Positions 46,845 through 49,048 of a DNA stretch of 49,048 bases are shown piece by piece. The notes beneath the pieces are model-generated. The model did no database searches. It had not been told where the DNA came from and saw nothing but the letters and a program-made list of their open reading frames with translations. Origin of the DNA: Geosiphon pyriformis uo1 (lineage: Eukaryota; Fungi; Glomeromycota); the NCBI GenBank assembly GCA_016748015.1, contig JAAOMT010000392.1:81035-130082 (forward strand), written 5' to 3'. A program made the position numbers and the translations under genes. Within the stretch, counting starts at the first letter, position 1, and every line of letters starts with the position of its first letter.

Positions 46845-48884
46845 TAAGATAAAAAGAGAGCTAGCAAATCCGGACCAGAACACAAACAATCTAATTTTTC
46901 TAAGACCAAATTTACTAACACTTCTAAAGCCACTATTTTTAATTCCAAACCACCCATTTTGGAGGTTAATACTCTAAAACTATTTGAGCTAAGGTCTGCA
47001 ACTGCACCATCAACAGCTGAAAAAGGAGGAGCAGATAACATTAACACACTATCTAAAGCCATATTTAGATCTAAATTTGAAACCAGAGACTCAGAAATGA
47101 CTTTAGGAGAAACATGAGAAAAAGATGCCAATAGAACCATTTTATTAAAACTCGATTTTTTTAAAATACCAGACACTTAATTAGCCAAAAACTCTAAAAA
47201 GTACTTCAAAGAATTTAAACAATCAATTAAACTAGAAACATCAAGAAGACTGGAAACTACTAAGATGAGTTTTAAACCTGAAAATGAATCAGTACCAAAA
47301 GAATCTGACAAAACCACATGAAAAGAAAAACCACTAGCAACTTGGATCTAAGTTTTGTCATTAAAAAAAACTGGGCAAATGATAAGTGTCTGTTTTTTCT
47401 TATAAATATTGGCCAGACAAATCTGATTCTAAAAAGTTACCATCTGCTTACTATAAGCACCAGAATTTTTATTCATTGAACAATTAACAAAAACATAACT
47501 AAATTGTTTACAACTAACACAACAAGCCAAAAAAAGACTAGCCCAATGCAAATTCACACACTTGAAGATAGGAATAGAACTAACAACAGCCAATTTGAAT
47601 GTCTTATTACTAAAACAAATCACAATACATCTATCATGAACATATGTAACTGAATTATGCCCAATAAAACAAGTTTTCCTACCATATAATACCAACAATT
47701 CAGACAAATCATGAACTGTTGTGCCAATTAGAAGAGTATACAACAAAGTCTTATATTGATCTCTTGATATTCATGATTGTTTATTCTCAATCATCAAAGT
47801 CACATGCACAAAGTCTTTTTTTATAAGTATCAATTATTTAAAAGCAACCAAACTGGCAATATTAGATGATTCAAACTCAACTAAAGTCTTTTGCCAAAGA
47901 CCAATCAATTAAAATTTGATTAAAACAATCTTGCCAAATTTGGAAAAAACTAATTCCATAGCTGATTTGAGAAAATCAACTGGAATTTTTTTGACAATCA
48001 CTTCTTGATTTAACTGATTGTTTGGTTTCTTAACCTTATTATTCACCAAAATTTTCTCATAGATAGTTATTTTCTTGGTCTTGATTAAACTAAATTCGAA
48101 AGTAAAAAAAATCTAATGATGTCAGAAAATTTTGAAAAAGCAAATATCTTCCTAAAACTGTTAACTTAATAGAAAATTTTTTTACAGCAATCAACTTGTC
48201 ATCAATAGTCTTGCCAAGTAAGACAGATAACTCAATATCCAATACAAATGACTTAACAGAATCGAAAATTCTCTTTTTCAATACATGTAATCCAACCAAG
48301 TACAATTTTTTGAAGTCTGTAAACTTAAAAGATAAAAGAGTCACAGTATTTTTATTATTACTTAAAATGTCAAATAAAGAAGTTTTCAGAAGTTAATCTA
48401 ATATATATATGTGAGTGCACATTTTCTTGAGTATGGTATTGTCTTCTATGTTATTTATTATTAAAGTGTTTAAGTCAGTATAACTAGTTTCTTTAGTGAC
48501 AGTATTTTTTATGTTCTTTAAGTCCAACAGATCACTTATACTACTTGCTTTACTTTTTATTTCACTACCCTAAGACTTCAAAAACTTATAATCAACATTG
48601 CCAATATTGGTCAGACTTAATGAGCCAGCAAATGAATCAACTACACTAATGTTAATCTTAGGATTCTTAAAATTCTTAGGCTTTTTGTAAAACATACTGC
48701 GAAAGTACACACTATTCATTCTTTTTTTTTTGGCATTTAGCTGGGTCCCCAACTCAGCAGAAATAGATCCAGAACTACCAGCAACAAAGCTTGCTGGTTT
48801 TATATTTACAAATAAAGATATGTCTAAAGAAATAGTTAAGAAAATAAAAGAAACTGAAAATAGGAACAAATATTTTTTCAGCAA
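46844..48884 (-). pseudogene. LINE ORF1
   Basis: Fragments 48570, 48090, 47429 and 46844 are collinear with ORF1 at 21599-23566 (KSFVLDIEL, LYTLLIGTTVHDL, FRVLTSKMGGLE). Confidence 0.88.
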
Positions 48885-49048
48885 TATCTTGTTTTTGTTG
48901 TAACTGGAGGATTAACAAGAAAAAAATTTTTGATTTATTTATTACAAAATTTTTAAATAATTAATAATTTTATCATTCAAAAAAAAATTTTAAAAATTTT
49001 AATATTAATATTATTATGTTATTAAAATTTATCTTAATTTTAAGATTA

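Larger units (their letters stand above)
42028..48930 (-). mobile_element. Near full-length LINE with RNase H, inactivated
   Basis: Same architecture as 21555-28384. Tail at 42055-42168 and A-rich end (T-tracts 42028-42054). Confidence 0.94.

Overview
Very AT-rich, gapped eukaryotic draft scaffold with nine N-gaps. It is probably from a fungus of the Glomeromycotina/Mucoromycota type; this is inferred from the TE repertoire and a Crinkler-like gene, not proven. Most of the window is decayed retroelements. There are two near full-length LINEs (ORF1 RRM/CCHC; ORF2 APE-RT-RNaseH-CCHC) at ~21.6-28.4 kb (+) and ~42.0-48.9 kb (-), and 5'-truncated LINEs. An ORF1-only element (~1.7-4.0 kb, -) carries the LINE 3' tail. 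Several Ty3/Gypsy LTR elements are present: one structurally complete at 11319-19022 (-) with a 4-bp TSD, and two that carry a dUTPase upstream of RT. Nearly all TE ORFs are broken by C>T/G>A transitions, and CpG is almost absent. The exception is a CpG-retaining island at ~8.0-10.7 kb. It holds a coiled-coil + NTPase/REase (Crinkler-like) host gene, interrupted between gaps by a young dUTPase-retaining, RT/IN-deleted Gypsy derivative. Most ORFs in the supplied track are fragments or antisense shadows of these pseudogenes. All alignments were done by eye, and boundaries of decayed elements are approximate.
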